Below are positions 51,924 through 64,000 of a stretch of 64,000 nucleotides of DNA, piece by piece (positions within the stretch are counted from its first letter, which is position 1; each line of letters starts with the position of its first letter). A program made the translations under genes and the position numbers. The DNA lies in NCBI GenBank assembly GCA_951406725.2, contig OX597817.1, positions 16,926,001 through 16,990,000 on the forward strand, written 5' to 3'. A model generated the notes under the pieces. It saw only the letters and a program-made list of their open reading frames with translations, ran no database searches and was not told the DNA's origin. The DNA comes from Octopus vulgaris. Lineage: Eukaryota.

Positions 51924-51925
<2 letters not shown>
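51788..51925 (+). mobile_element. Truncated copy of the 33361 element in (TA)n
   Basis: Short inverted piece tttatttaaagca, then gaaactcagagtaacagg... nearly identical to 33547-33667. Confidence 0.85.
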
Positions 51926-51990
<65 letters not shown>

Positions 51991-52134
51991 AGAGGGAGAG
52001 AGAGAGAGAGGGAGGGAGAGAGAGAGAGGGAGAGAGGGAGAATGAAAGAGAGACAGCGAGAGCAAAATATATGCTTGAATTTACAAACCGTTAAGATAAA
52101 CTTGTGACGTCATATAGTGTGAATGTGTATGTGT

Positions 52135-52467
52135 GGCGTGGCTGGGTGGTAAGGAGTTTGTTTCTCAACCACATGGTTTCGGATTCAGCCCGACTGCGTG
52201 GCACCTTGGGCAAATGTTTTATATTGTAGCCCCGAACCGACCAAAGCCTTGTGAATGGGTTTGATAGACGGAAACTGAAAGAAGCCCGTCGCATATACAT
52301 ATATAATAATAATAATAATAATCATAAAACATTGTGTACAGTGCTCAGGTGCACTACAACTCATCTAAAGTGTATATATATATATAGTGTATATATATAT
52401 ATATATATTATATATATACATATTATATTATTATATATATATATTATATATATACATATTATATTAT

Positions 52468-52498
<31 letters not shown>

Positions 52499-52513
52499 AT
52501 ATATTATATATTA

Positions 52514-52544
<31 letters not shown>

Positions 52545-52750
52545 TGTATGTGTGTGTGTGCCTGTATTTGTTCCCCACCACAGCTTGAGAAACGGTGTTG
52601 GTTTGTTTGCCTCCTTGTATCCTAGCGGTTCGGCAAAAGAAACCGATAGAATATTAGGCTTTAAAAAATAAGTATTGAGATCAATTTAAAAAAAAAAAAA
52701 ACCTTTCAAGGCGGTGCTGCAGTATGGTCGCAGTGCAATGACTGAAACAA
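52135..52750 (+). mobile_element. Diverged SINE family A with expanded microsatellite
   Basis: Head and tail match the consensus. Confidence 0.8.
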
Positions 52751-52997
52751 GGTTCTTTTTTCGTGTCTTTTTTTTTTTTTATTTAAGCTGATAATTTCAA
52801 CGGAGTTGCTAAAAGTACTTGGGTTCGCGTTACCATTCTTTTAGAAATGTAATTAAAATTCATCCTCATGCCTTCCTGTTTTAGCTTAAGGTTTCACCTT
52901 GACCAACTGAATGGCTGTAATGAACCTAGATGCAACCCTTTTAATTGCGTGATAACGTGGTAACATTGAGATACTGATAACAACAACAAAAACAGAA

Positions 52998-53326
52998 AGA
53001 GAGGGAGAGAGAGAGAGAAAGAAAAAGAGAGGGAGAGAGAAAGTGGAGACAGAGAGGGAGAGAGAAAGTGGAGACAGAGAGAGAGAGAGAGAAAGTAGAG
53101 ACAGAGAGGGAGAGAGAAAGTGGAGACAGAGAGGGAGAGAGAAAGTGGAGACAGAGAGGGAGAGAGAAAGTGGAGACAGAGAGGAAGAGAGAAAGTGGAG
53201 ACAGAGAGGGAGAGAGAAAGCGGAGACAGAGAGGGAGAGAGAAAGTGGAGAAAGAGAGGGAGAGAGAAAGTGAGAAAGTGGATACAGAGAGAAAGAGAGA
53301 AAGTGGAGACAGAGAGGGAGAGAGGG
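52998..53326 (+). repeat. Purine-rich 25-bp minisatellite (acagagagggagagagaaagtggag), about 12 units
   Basis: Period 25, for example at 53101, 53126 and 53151. Confidence 0.9.
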
Positions 53327-53475
53327 TGGTGGGCTGCCAACTAGAAAAAAAACAAATTTACTATGATTTTCATGGTTGATGTTCATGTGCATTTGGTACG
53401 GAGTGAGTGTCATTGGAATTGCGAAATGCATGTGAAAGAGAATGATAAATAGATAAACACTCATTTTTTTTTCAG

Positions 53476-53837
53476 CTTACTCAAAGAGAAAGACAGAAAA
53501 GAAAACATTTTTGTTAATCCTGACGGGAGAACGAAGTTTGCTACGATAGTACTGAGGAGCGACTGACCTATCAACGATCAGATAAACGAAATAAAAAAAA
53601 AGGAAGAAAGGGAAAGAAAAAAAGATTAAAAGTTGAATAGGCAGATTTGGAAAACCAGAAGTGAAAAGAAATAACTCGATCATATGAGATTAAATGTATA
53701 AACAAGAAAAGAACGTCGGGATAGAGTAGTAAAAAATAACGAAAAGACAGGAAAAAAATATAAAAAACGAAAGAGAAAAAGACAACTGCAGTGATATACA
53801 CCCCTATATCAAACCACTGAATAGACTCGCCCACATT
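53476..53837 (+). other. Candidate non-coding (5' UTR) exon of a host gene
   Basis: tttttttttcag acceptor-like site ending at 53475, GTGAGT donor at 53838, unique CpG-containing sequence at the start of a repeat-poor region. Confidence 0.3.
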
Positions 53838-56800
53838 GTGAGTGTTTCTAAACTTCGAGGAAAAACTTTTTCGGTGCTTTTACTTGCTTACTTAGCTGAC
53901 TGGAATGTTTTACTGGTTAAGGAGTGGGAAATAATCCTAGATCACCTCGACTCGATCGCGAAGACGGTTTACAACAGATACATCGATAATATATATAACT
54001 GCTAAGGTTTCTTTACGACCGGTAAGTTACATTATTATCCTCAACGATCTCTGTAACGTTTTTGAAAGTAATTTTATTTGCATTTACAGCTGTCGAAATC
54101 GCTTCGATATTTTTTCCTCCTTACTTACATCTCGTAACAAAATACTACTTGTCTGTGCTTGTTTATGTCTGGGAGTGCCATTAAGAATTGAGTGGTGGCG
54201 GTGTTGGTGAAAATCATTTGCAATCAAAGAAAGTCTGGGTTATACGCTTTATAACAAACACACACACACACACACATCCAGACGTGTGCACATTCAGACG
54301 CACATAAATACAACGGTTTTAATTATAGCGGGAACCAGTACCGAATTATGATGCAGCTATTGCATGATATGTGAAATGCCACTGTTCTATAGAATTACTA
54401 CTACCATAACTTTTTTTTTTTTATATATTTTTGCTACACTCCTTGCTGGTGACGGTCACCACTAAATTTTGGTATTTTACCGATTACTAAACAATCATAA
54501 CAAACCTATTTTAGTGAATTTATTAAATAGACAAAATCGAATCAGCATTTAAACAATTTAATTTTATAACCGTTTCTTTATTTATTTATAATCTGTTCTT
54601 CCATTTCGCTCTAATTTGACATTTTGGAGACTATCGGAATTTGAAATTTGCAATCAGCCACATTAGACTTTCTTGTACATTTTTGTTATTAAATGATTCC
54701 TATACATAAACATTTACTGTCGTTTACAGCAATGTGTTTATATATATACATATAAACACTTCTCGCTGTGTATGCAATGCGTAACCGTGGATGTTGTCAT
54801 CTCGTTTTATCTGAGTATGCGTTATGCAATTAATATGTTGTGCAAATAAACAAGAACTGTGGGGGGATAAATGATAATATGGCGGGAGTTGTGAGCCATC
54901 CATTTGTATCTTTTCTTTTTGCTTCCTCGTGTTTATGTCACCATAGAAAATTATTGATATTGTTGGTGACTTGAACAGTATTCGATTAAATGATCTGTAG
55001 CTGAAATACTCGTGATATTGAGGTATCGATATCTCGATTATGCTCGTATCTTTTTACATGTAGTGGTCGCCAGCTATCAAAGGGTGGAATTTGGCGGAGA
55101 GGATAGGAAACGGACGTGATTAAATTCAATGCTACAGTGATGCAATTTCAAATAAAACTGAATTTTCCTGTCATCCTTACTGGATCGATACAATATAACC
55201 AACGTTGGTCAAACGATTATATCTATATAGATAGATATATACATATACGCAGACAACCTCATGTCTAAGAAATATATTAACCATAAATTGAAACTTCTAG
55301 CTTGTGTGATAAATCGTCATATGCATTATTTACTTGACACATTCTTCTATAATTTTTTTTGTTTTAAATTAAAATAAATAATTTTATTTGAAAATAAAAT
55401 TATTCACTATCTCTCTCGGTCGGTTGCAACACAGTTGCTTCTTGTTGGGTCTCTCAATGTTTGGACAAGAACCACATTTCAGAACCTACTCTAAGAATAC
55501 CCATCCTACTTCTCTACTGACCAGCTGTTTTTTTTTTTGTTGTTGTTTTTTTTTCTTCTTTTATAACCACCTACCAACGTTTATCTTTTTTCTCTTCCCA
55601 TGCTTGACATTCTTTTCCAGAAACACACAGTGGTTGTTATTACTATTGTCTAAATTTGCCACTTGGCGACATCGTTTTATTTTCCAGAACTACTAATTTA
55701 TTTATAAACAGTTTCTTCTTTCTTTCTTTCTTTTTTGGTACTTAATTGTTCAAATCTATTATGTCAATTGGCGCTAAAAGCGGCTGTTTGGTGTAGGCAT
55801 TCAAGATAATTACTATAAAGCCTAAATTATATTTGCCTTTTTTTTAAATATTACTGGCTGTTAAGTAACAACTTGCCTGAATACTGATAATCAAATATTG
55901 TAGCAATTAATAACATACATTACACATGTAGAATGTAGCACAATGTTTCACTCTTAATGTTAAACCTTTGCAAATGCAGAAGCACTAAAGATGTGTTATT
56001 CTATATAAATAGAAGTTTACTGGTGAACTGTTGGCTGAGGAGGCAAGAGAACCAGAAACAATAGCCACCTTTAACAAGTTCAAAGCTTATTGTTCCAATC
56101 CATCTAGATTGGTAAAATTAGTATAAGGCTGCCGAAAAGGCGAGGGGCTACTCTAGCTGGGGGTGGCGTTAGAACGTTTCCGAATAGCGTCATATCCAAG
56201 AATGTCTCCCACCTGTTCTATGCCTAGAATTTGTTCTAGCTAGAATATGTTCTAGGTGATTGTTTGCAAAAGCAAACTTTTTTTTTTATGTCCGGAAATT
56301 TTGTATTCCTCTCTCTTTTATCTAATCTCTTAGACTATTTAGAAAAGGGGTGACTTATTCTCTAAATCCAACAAGTGATTAATACTGTCTTTCATCTAAT
56401 CTCACCGTTATTTATTATTTTATATATCTAATTCGGAATGTTATGATTAGCTAGTTGTGGGTAAACCCATGGAAATCACACTTCCTTCAATAATGTTTAT
56501 CCCTAATTAAATCTCTTCAGTTATTCATTACAAAATATACACCCGTGATATTTGATATATAATGATTACTATAAATTTTTGCATTCTATCCCCCTTCTCA
56601 ACCAAACATACAAATCTCTTCTGTTTATTGTTCCGTTTCTGTTTTGTGTGTGGTAACTGAGGAAGTTCTTGTTATTTATATTTTTTTCAATTCTGTTCCC
56701 GGATGTTTCTTATCTTACTATGACAGTTCCACTTTGTTTCCTCTTTGGTTCTGTCAATCTATTTTTTTTTTTCTTACTGGTATCTCTTTGACCGTCCCTT

Positions 56801-57099
56801 TTTCTTTCCACAATATGTTTTGTATTTAGCTAGCTGTTAGCTAATTATATTAGTCCCATTATATTAATCTTAATCTCTCTCTCTCTCTCTGTGCATATTT
56901 ACCCGTCTCTTGTTTGCCTAATCCTTTAGTATATCTATCTTTACTTAAGTTCAAACCCTTTGTATCCATCTTATACATTAATTTCTTCCCTACAAATCTA
57001 TAATTTCAGACGGTTCCCTTATCTTGTGCACCCACCTGCATGTTTTCCAGTTTTTTTTTCTTTCTACTTCTGCTGTGTTCCTACTTACTATATTAATGT

Positions 57100-58700
57100 T
57101 TATCTTCCTAAACCAAATACACTTTTCTTACATTAATACAACTTAGCTATCATTCTAAATCCACTGCTGACCTCAACTACCATCTCGGTACTTTTCACAT
57201 CAACTTCAGCCTTAGTAGGAAAATGTGTACCTATGTATGCCCACTCTCTATGTCACATATTTGTCACCTAATCATGACCAATAAAGAACTCCAGTTACTA
57301 TATCTCACTCAACTTGTTCCAAATAATCTATTCAACTCTCATTGTCTCACTCCATCGATGTTATCCACTAAAGATTCTCATTCCTCGAAGAAGGTTTACT
57401 ACAATTTTAATAACCATAACTGTGTCTGACTTTCCTACTTGTATCCACATTGACCCAGCTAGTACAGAAACTGTGATTTCTATAGTTTTAAACCAGTTTT
57501 TTTCACCAGTCAGTTTCTCCTGCTGCTAGTTTGACTGCAGCTTCCAGAACCCAAACTCTGTTACTACACTAATATCTGTTGCTCCTATTATCTTATAAAT
57601 ACCACAATACTACTTTCATAAACACTGGCTGTATTACAAGCAACTATCCTAAACCATCAACTCTTCTTTCAAATTTCTTCTATCCTCCAAATGTACTAAT
57701 TGATCAAACCTTTGCTAATTCTATACAAATTACTCTGAACAACATTTACTTGATCCTACTCAAATGGTTAAAACATGTCAGAGAAAATTATTGGTATTTA
57801 TATTTATTGGTATTCCTTCTGCCCTCCTATTGGGATCTTAAAATTCAACAACACCTAACAAAATGCAAAAGATACACATTTCAAAGCTGATGATCTGTAT
57901 CCCATTTATTCTTAATAACTACTAAGTTTAAGAATATTCTTTTTACCAACAAATACACTCGACCTCAGTATTCCAGCAATTTTTCTTTGAGGCGTCATAT
58001 TCTTAATATTGCTGAAACCACTTCAAACAGAAATGACTGCCTACTAGTTCCACTAAATATTCCATCCCAGAGCAATTGCTGAATCATTACAAGATTCAAA
58101 TATCTCTTTATTTTGGAGTGCTGCCTTCATAAACAGGATGGTAAACATCTTTTGATCATTCACATCCTATTCTGCAGAAAACCATCTGTTGAAAATCTAC
58201 CATCTCTGAATAACCTTTCTTACTACCAGTGTAATGAACTTTGCTCTTTTGAACTTTCCAGAAACACTCCCTTTTCCCCCCTCTCTCCTCATTGTATTTC
58301 TCTCCTTAAACCCTATGTTGTTACATAGGCTATTACACAGTCCTTTATTCAAAAGACTGCCATTTAGTGGAACTCCTACCCTACAATTTATTCCCTTAAT
58401 AATAGTCATTTCCAACTTATCAAATCTACATAATAAACTGGACTAACCTTGTACCTCCTTCTGACTAATCTCAGAAAGACTCCAAAGACCGTGGGTAGTG
58501 ACTGTCTTCCATTGTGGCTTCACTATATGGAATCCTAATTTTAGTGCAAGATATCTCATGAACACACCATCTCTTCCTTACTATCTGAAATCTCAAATTA
58601 TCCCTGAAGTTGTCTTATAACAGGCAAAAAGCATTCTGTTTTCTCAATCTTTTATTTTTCAACTCCTACTTTCCTAGTTAACCATATCCATTGACAAGAA
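57100..58700 (+). mobile_element. Possible ancient LINE remnant
   Basis: C/T/A-biased coding-like composition with faint endonuclease-like peptides (YLSPN, NFNNHN). No open frame. Confidence 0.3.
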
Positions 58701-59130
58701 TTTCTTGATAAATCTACCCACCCACAATTCAAATGTCCCATTTTATCTTCTAGGCTTTGACAGTGTCAGCTGCCTAATTTTCAAAGTTTTTGTAACATTT
58801 TAACTGCATTAACATTTCTATTTATATTAATTTCTGAATTCTCAAGCTTATTTCTGAAATGTTGCTTCAGCTATTATTCTTATGGATGTATTACTTACAT
58901 AAGTGTCAAGATACACAATGTGGTAAGTTATTAAAGTGTTGCCTTCATTTGCCCCAAAATTTGGCAATTAGTATGCTATCACTAATGCTGGATTATCTCT
59001 AGCTAAGACACTTTAACTTTTTCTCTGTTCACATTACTCTAAATAGGTAGTATGCAGAAGCACTGCTTACCACAGCAGGTTTGCAGAGGTATTGTTTTAT
59101 TACTTTATATACTTATCTCAAATGTGCTCA

Positions 59131-59515
59131 TCTACTCTTTTACTTGTTTCAGTCATTTGACTGCGGCCATGCTGGAGCACCGCCTTTAGTCGAGCAAATT
59201 GACCCCAGGACTTATTCTTTGTAAGCCCAGTACTTATTCTATCGGTCTCTTTTGCCGAACCGATAAGTGACGGGGACGTAAACACACCAGCATCGGTTGT
59301 CAAGCAATGCTAGGGGGACAAACACAGACACACACACTTATATATATATACATATATACAACAGGCTTCTTTCAGGTTCCATCTACCAAATCCACTCACA
59401 AGGCATTGGTCGGCCCGGGGCTATAGCAGAAGACACTTGCCCAAGATGCCACGCAGTGGGACTGAACCCGGAACCATGTGGTTGGTTAGCAAGCTTCTTA
59501 CACACAGCCACTCCT
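59131..59515 (-). mobile_element. SINE family A
   Basis: Reverse-complement match. Confidence 0.9.
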
Positions 59516-59684
59516 GAAAAAGACAATATAAAAATGCTTCTTTTTTTTTTTTTTTTCAAACCTCATCTCCAAACCATCTAAAACTGGAGAAACCTTAGTA
59601 GAATGTATGGATCTTGTCATTAAATAATATCAATCTAATTTTGTTTTGACAAATATTTTTGTCTAATATGAATAAGTGGTGGTC

Positions 59685-60328
59685 GTGGCTAGTGGTAAGA
59701 AACTTGCTTCCCAACCACATGGTTCTGGGTTCAGTCCCACTGTGTGGCACTTTGGGCAAGTATCTTCTATAGCCTCGGGCTGACCAAAGCCTTGTGAGTG
59801 GATCTGGTAAATGGAAACTGAAAGAAGCCCATCATATATATGCGCAGGAGTGGCTGTGTGGTAAGTAGCTTGCTTACCAACCATGGAAACTGAAAGAAGC
59901 CTGTCGTATATATGTATGTGTGTGTATATGTTTGTGTGTCTGTTCGTTCCCCAACATCGCTTGACAACCTATGCTGGTGTGTTTAATTCCCCATAACTTA
60001 GCGGCTCGGCAAAAGATACCGATAGAATAAGTACTAGGCTTCCAAAGAATAAGTCCTGGGGGTGAGTTGCTCTACTAAAGGTGGTGCTCCAGCATGGCCG
60101 CAGTCAAATGACTGAAACAAGTAAAAGAGTATATGTTTGTGTGTCTGTGTTTGTCCACCTACCATCACTTGACAATTGATATTGGTGTGTTTACATCCCT
60201 GAAACTTAGCGGTTCAGCAAAAGAGATTAATAAAATACAAAGAAGTCCTGGGGTTGATTTGTTCAACTAAGAAAGGCAGTGCTCCAGCATGGCTGCAGTC
60301 AAATGACTAAAACAAGTAGAAGAATAAA
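59685..60328 (+). mobile_element. Nested SINE family A copies (a younger, internally deleted copy within an older one)
   Basis: Two heads (about 59685 and 59842) and two tails (about 60075-60130 and 60272-60328). Confidence 0.8.
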
Positions 60329-60529
60329 GTATAAAACTATTATATTGTGCATTTAAAAAAAAATGTCTTTCTTTTAATTTGGATAGAAATCACACTTAAG
60401 CATTATCTGCGAATTACTTTAAGGTCTTGTAATCTTATACTTGGTGAAGAGACGCATCACTTACAATTCAGGAGTTATGTATATGGGATTGTGTCAGCTG
60501 ATAGGCAATCTCTTAAAACACTATGTTCT

Positions 60530-60870
60530 AATCTTCTACTATTGGTCCAAGGCCTTGTGAGTGGATTTGGTTGTGAGAAACTGAAAGAAGCTCTCTCTCA
60601 CACACACACACACATGTATGTAAATGTGTGTATTATTGTCGCCTTACTTTGACTGTCTGATAGCTATAAACAAGTGCACCATTATGCCGCAGTGTCCTTC
60701 ATCTCCAATATTCTGTGAAAATGTGTCCGTTAGTGTGGAAATATTACCTTGCTTGGAAACAGGTGAGGGTTGGTGACAGGAAGGGCATCTAGCTGTAGAA
60801 AATCTGCCTCCACAAATTCTGTCTGACCAATGCCAGCATGGAAAAGTAAATGTTGTAATGATGATGATAA
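60530..60870 (+). mobile_element. Family A-like SINE body with a different 3' tail ending in (TGA)n
   Basis: ggccttgtgagtggatttgg...aaactgaaagaagc, then ggaagggcatctagctgtagaaa...gcatggaaaagt...atgatgatgat. Confidence 0.6.
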
Positions 60871-61026
60871 GGTTGTTCTGACTTTTCTTTCAATGACTAG
60901 CACAATCATGAAATCTGTGAGCAAATAGCTTCAAGAATCCAGGTTAACTTCACAGAAATATTGTCCTGGTCTGAGTCTGCAATTTTAATGATTCTACAAA
61001 AATTCACCAAAGAACCTGTAGATAAT

Positions 61027-61254
61027 TACTCTTTTACTCTTTTACTTGTTTCAGTCATTTGACTGCGGCCATGCTGAAGCACCGCCTTTAGTCGAGCAAC
61101 TCGACCCCGGGACTTATTCTTTTGCAAGCCCAGTACTTATTCTATCGGTCTCTTTTGCCGAACCGCTAAGTAACGGGGATATAAACACACCAGCATCGGT
61201 TGTCAAGCAATGCTAGGGGGACAAACACAGACACACAAACATATACACACACAT

Positions 61255-61291
<37 letters not shown>

Positions 61292-61466
61292 CATACATAT
61301 ATACGACAGGCTTCTTTCAGTTTCCGTCTACCAAATTCACTCACAAGGCATTGGTCCGCCCGGGGCTATAGCAGAAGAGACTTGCCCAAGATGCCACGCA
61401 GTGGGACTGAACCCGGAACCATGTGGCTGGTGAGCAAGCTACTTACCACACAGCCACTCCTGCGCC
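61027..61466 (-). mobile_element. SINE family A
   Basis: Full length, with tagataatt repeated on both sides. Confidence 0.9.
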
Positions 61467-62126
61467 AATAGATAATTGTTTTTTTTTTTTTTGCATTTTT
61501 GTTTTTTGTTTAGCTCTAGGTCAACCTTGATCAAGCTGACCATCCTGTCTTTTTCCAAGTACAGTGTACTTTGAATCAAATTATACTATGTTCTTTTCTA
61601 ACACAGAGTGCATTTTGAGTAAGTCGTGTGTGTGTGCTATTTCTTGCAGGTCAAACACTCATGTAGTGGTTCTCTCATTGGCTCAGCGAAATAGTTTTTC
61701 CAGCAAGCAGCATTTTTAGGCAAATGCAGAGATAAGTGAGTAATTGAGTTTGTAATGGGATTTGGTGAGCTGATTGAAAATTAGTACTTAATAATGTACA
61801 GGGTGGACAGGAATTTGACTATGAAGTAAACCTGTTAAAAGAAAGAGCAGATGTCACATTTCCTCTGAAATTTACCCACACTCACACAAATTCTATAAAT
61901 TGGTGAGTCGGGTCTATCAGCTGTGACTATTCTGTCTTTTATCAAGCCTTGTGTATTTAGGACGCTACATATTTAAATTTTAATATCGTACATAAATCAA
62001 AAGCCTAGTCCAGTAATGATTCTATTACAGACTAGAAATAAATGATAGAAGGTATTAGTTTTTTCTAAAGAGTTCTTCACTGCCTTTAAAAATAAATGTA
62101 AACAAGGTTAGTATGATTCTTATTAT

Positions 62127-62296
62127 AGGCGCAGGAGTGGCTGTGTGGTAAGTAGCTTGTTTACCAACCACATGGTTCTGGGTTCAGTCCCACTGCGTGG
62201 CACCTTGGGCAAGTGTCTTCTGCTATAGCCTCGGGCCGACCAAAGCCTTGTGAGTGGATTTGGTAGACGGAAACTGAAAGGAGCCCGTCGTATATA

Positions 62297-62336
<40 letters not shown>

Positions 62337-62541
62337 TGTGTGTGTGTGTGTTTGTTCCCCTAGCATTGCTTGACAACCGATGCTGGTGTGTTTATGTCCC
62401 CGTTACTTAGCGGTTCGGCAAAAAGAGACCCGATAGAATAAGTACTGGACTTACAAAAGAATAAGTCCCGGGGTCGAGTTGCTCGACTAAAGGCGGTGCT
62501 CCAGCATGGCCGCAGTCAAATGACTGAAACAAGTTAAAGAG
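62127..62541 (+). mobile_element. SINE family A
   Basis: Full-length match. Confidence 0.9.
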
Positions 62542-63634
62542 TATGGTGCATTTCAGGACAGGCTGACCGATGCAGCCCTGTGCTATACTGACTCCATACA
62601 GGAGCTAAGAGTTAATGTCTCTCTGACAATGGTTTTAAGATAGTAAGGCATGATTTGAGGGTGATGTGACTGCTGTTCTTAGTAAATCAAGTTGCTGCAT
62701 AAAGGCTCCCTCATTGCTTGTCTAACAGGTTTTTGTTGTTTAACCCAAGTTGGCTCTAATTAAACCAGTTTATAAACAAAGGCTTTCCTGCCATAATCAT
62801 TCTTCTTTTCTTTTTTTTTCTTGGAAGTATAGTATTATCTGAGAGAGATTTAGTAGTCATTTGTAATAAGTTGAGTAGTCATATAGCAGATCCCTCATTA
62901 GCTTTCCCAGGAGGTTTTAAATGGTGGTTTTGAACTGGCAGGCTGTTTGAAAGATGAGTTTGATTAAGTATTAAAAAATATGCTGAATGAAGTACTGCCT
63001 AATAAACTTGTATAAAGACACCATAGGCATTTCTGTATATTCATGTCTTTATGTATGTGAGTGCTCACAGACATAAATATATAGAAACTAAGCATTAGTA
63101 TTGTCAGTTGTGTAAGACAGAAGACTGCAAGGGTATGGATGTGTGATGCATATAAAAAATGATTATTGGGTAAAAAAAATTGTTTTATGATGCAAGTGGA
63201 AAGTATCTATTAGTGATAAGATTCATCTCAGGATGCTGAGCTTAAAACAGATCAGTGGAACCCATGCCAGCATGTAAAAAACCAAGTACAGAAATTACGA
63301 TTCTGTATATGCATAGCAACCGTAAGGGCAGTTAGTTATATATCTCTTTTAGTCATTTTTAATTCTATAAGAACTAATCAATGAAACCTATTCTGATATT
63401 GACATAGTTTCCTAATGGCAGGAAGGTAACTCAATCTTCTACCAGCAGTCTTTAATTTTAGCAGCTCCGAGTTAAAAGTCAAGTACTTTTTTAGTATCTT
63501 ACCCATTAATTTCGCTTGATGTCATCTGAAACAACCTGTTCATTATTCAGAAACTTGTTTTGTTTGTCGTTACAAGAGTTTCTTTTTCCTTTTATTTTTC
63601 TTAGTTTTTTTTTTTTCTTTCTTTCTTCTTCCAG

Positions 63635-63647
63635 GATTGTGGAAGGG
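63635..63647 (+). other. Candidate 13-nt microexon
   Basis: Long pure polypyrimidine tract plus ccag (63631-63634), then gattgtggaaggg, then a GTATGT donor at 63648. Confidence 0.4.
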
Positions 63648-64000
63648 GTATGTTCTTAGTACAGTCCTTCCTCAATTAGAGATTTGGTTGATTCATGTCA
63701 CAATATTTGTGGCGAACATGTAACATTAGACCTAATTACAAATTGTTGTTACACTTACATAGACACTCTAATTTATCTTGGTGAAGAATAATTAGATATA
63801 TTACTGAAAGTAAATTGAAAAAGAAAACATTTTTCTTGTCTGGAGATTACTATAAACAAGGTTTTTTGCTCTTTATTTTATTTTACTAGGATGATGGCCT
63901 TTATCACAAATATCCAATAGTAGAATATCAATCTTTATCAGTACTTGTAGTGAAATAATTGTTTTAACTTTTGGCACAAGGCCTGCAATTTTATGGGGAG

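Noticed and set aside
52886-53464. 192-aa and overlapping ORFs
   Set aside because: Open only because of the stop-free GA minisatellite.

Overview
AT-rich, repeat-saturated eukaryotic DNA. The repeat landscape looks like an octopus (coleoid cephalopod) genome, which is an inference from recalled repeat families and not verified. No intact host protein-coding gene is visible, and almost all listed ORFs are SINE or microsatellite artefacts. The window holds about 20 copies of one tRNA-headed SINE (family A) and three further SINE families (B, C, D; my labels). It also holds four non-autonomous Helitrons, a hAT MITE, mariner remnants, decayed LINEs (CR1/L2-like, RTE, R4/Dong-like), a TSD-bounded ORF1-only retroelement and a decayed Penelope-like (GIY-YIG) ORF. 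The most notable signal is a set of short non-coding elements inserted in or beside (TA)n microsatellites that carry type I hammerhead ribozyme motifs. Several have a CCGANGA (U4C) core, and two are built as inverted repeats with a ribozyme on each strand. From about 53.4 kb onward there are hints of a + strand host transcription unit: a candidate non-coding exon, a CpG-depleted downstream domain and a 13-nt candidate microexon. Coordinates were read by eye and element boundaries may be off by a few bases.
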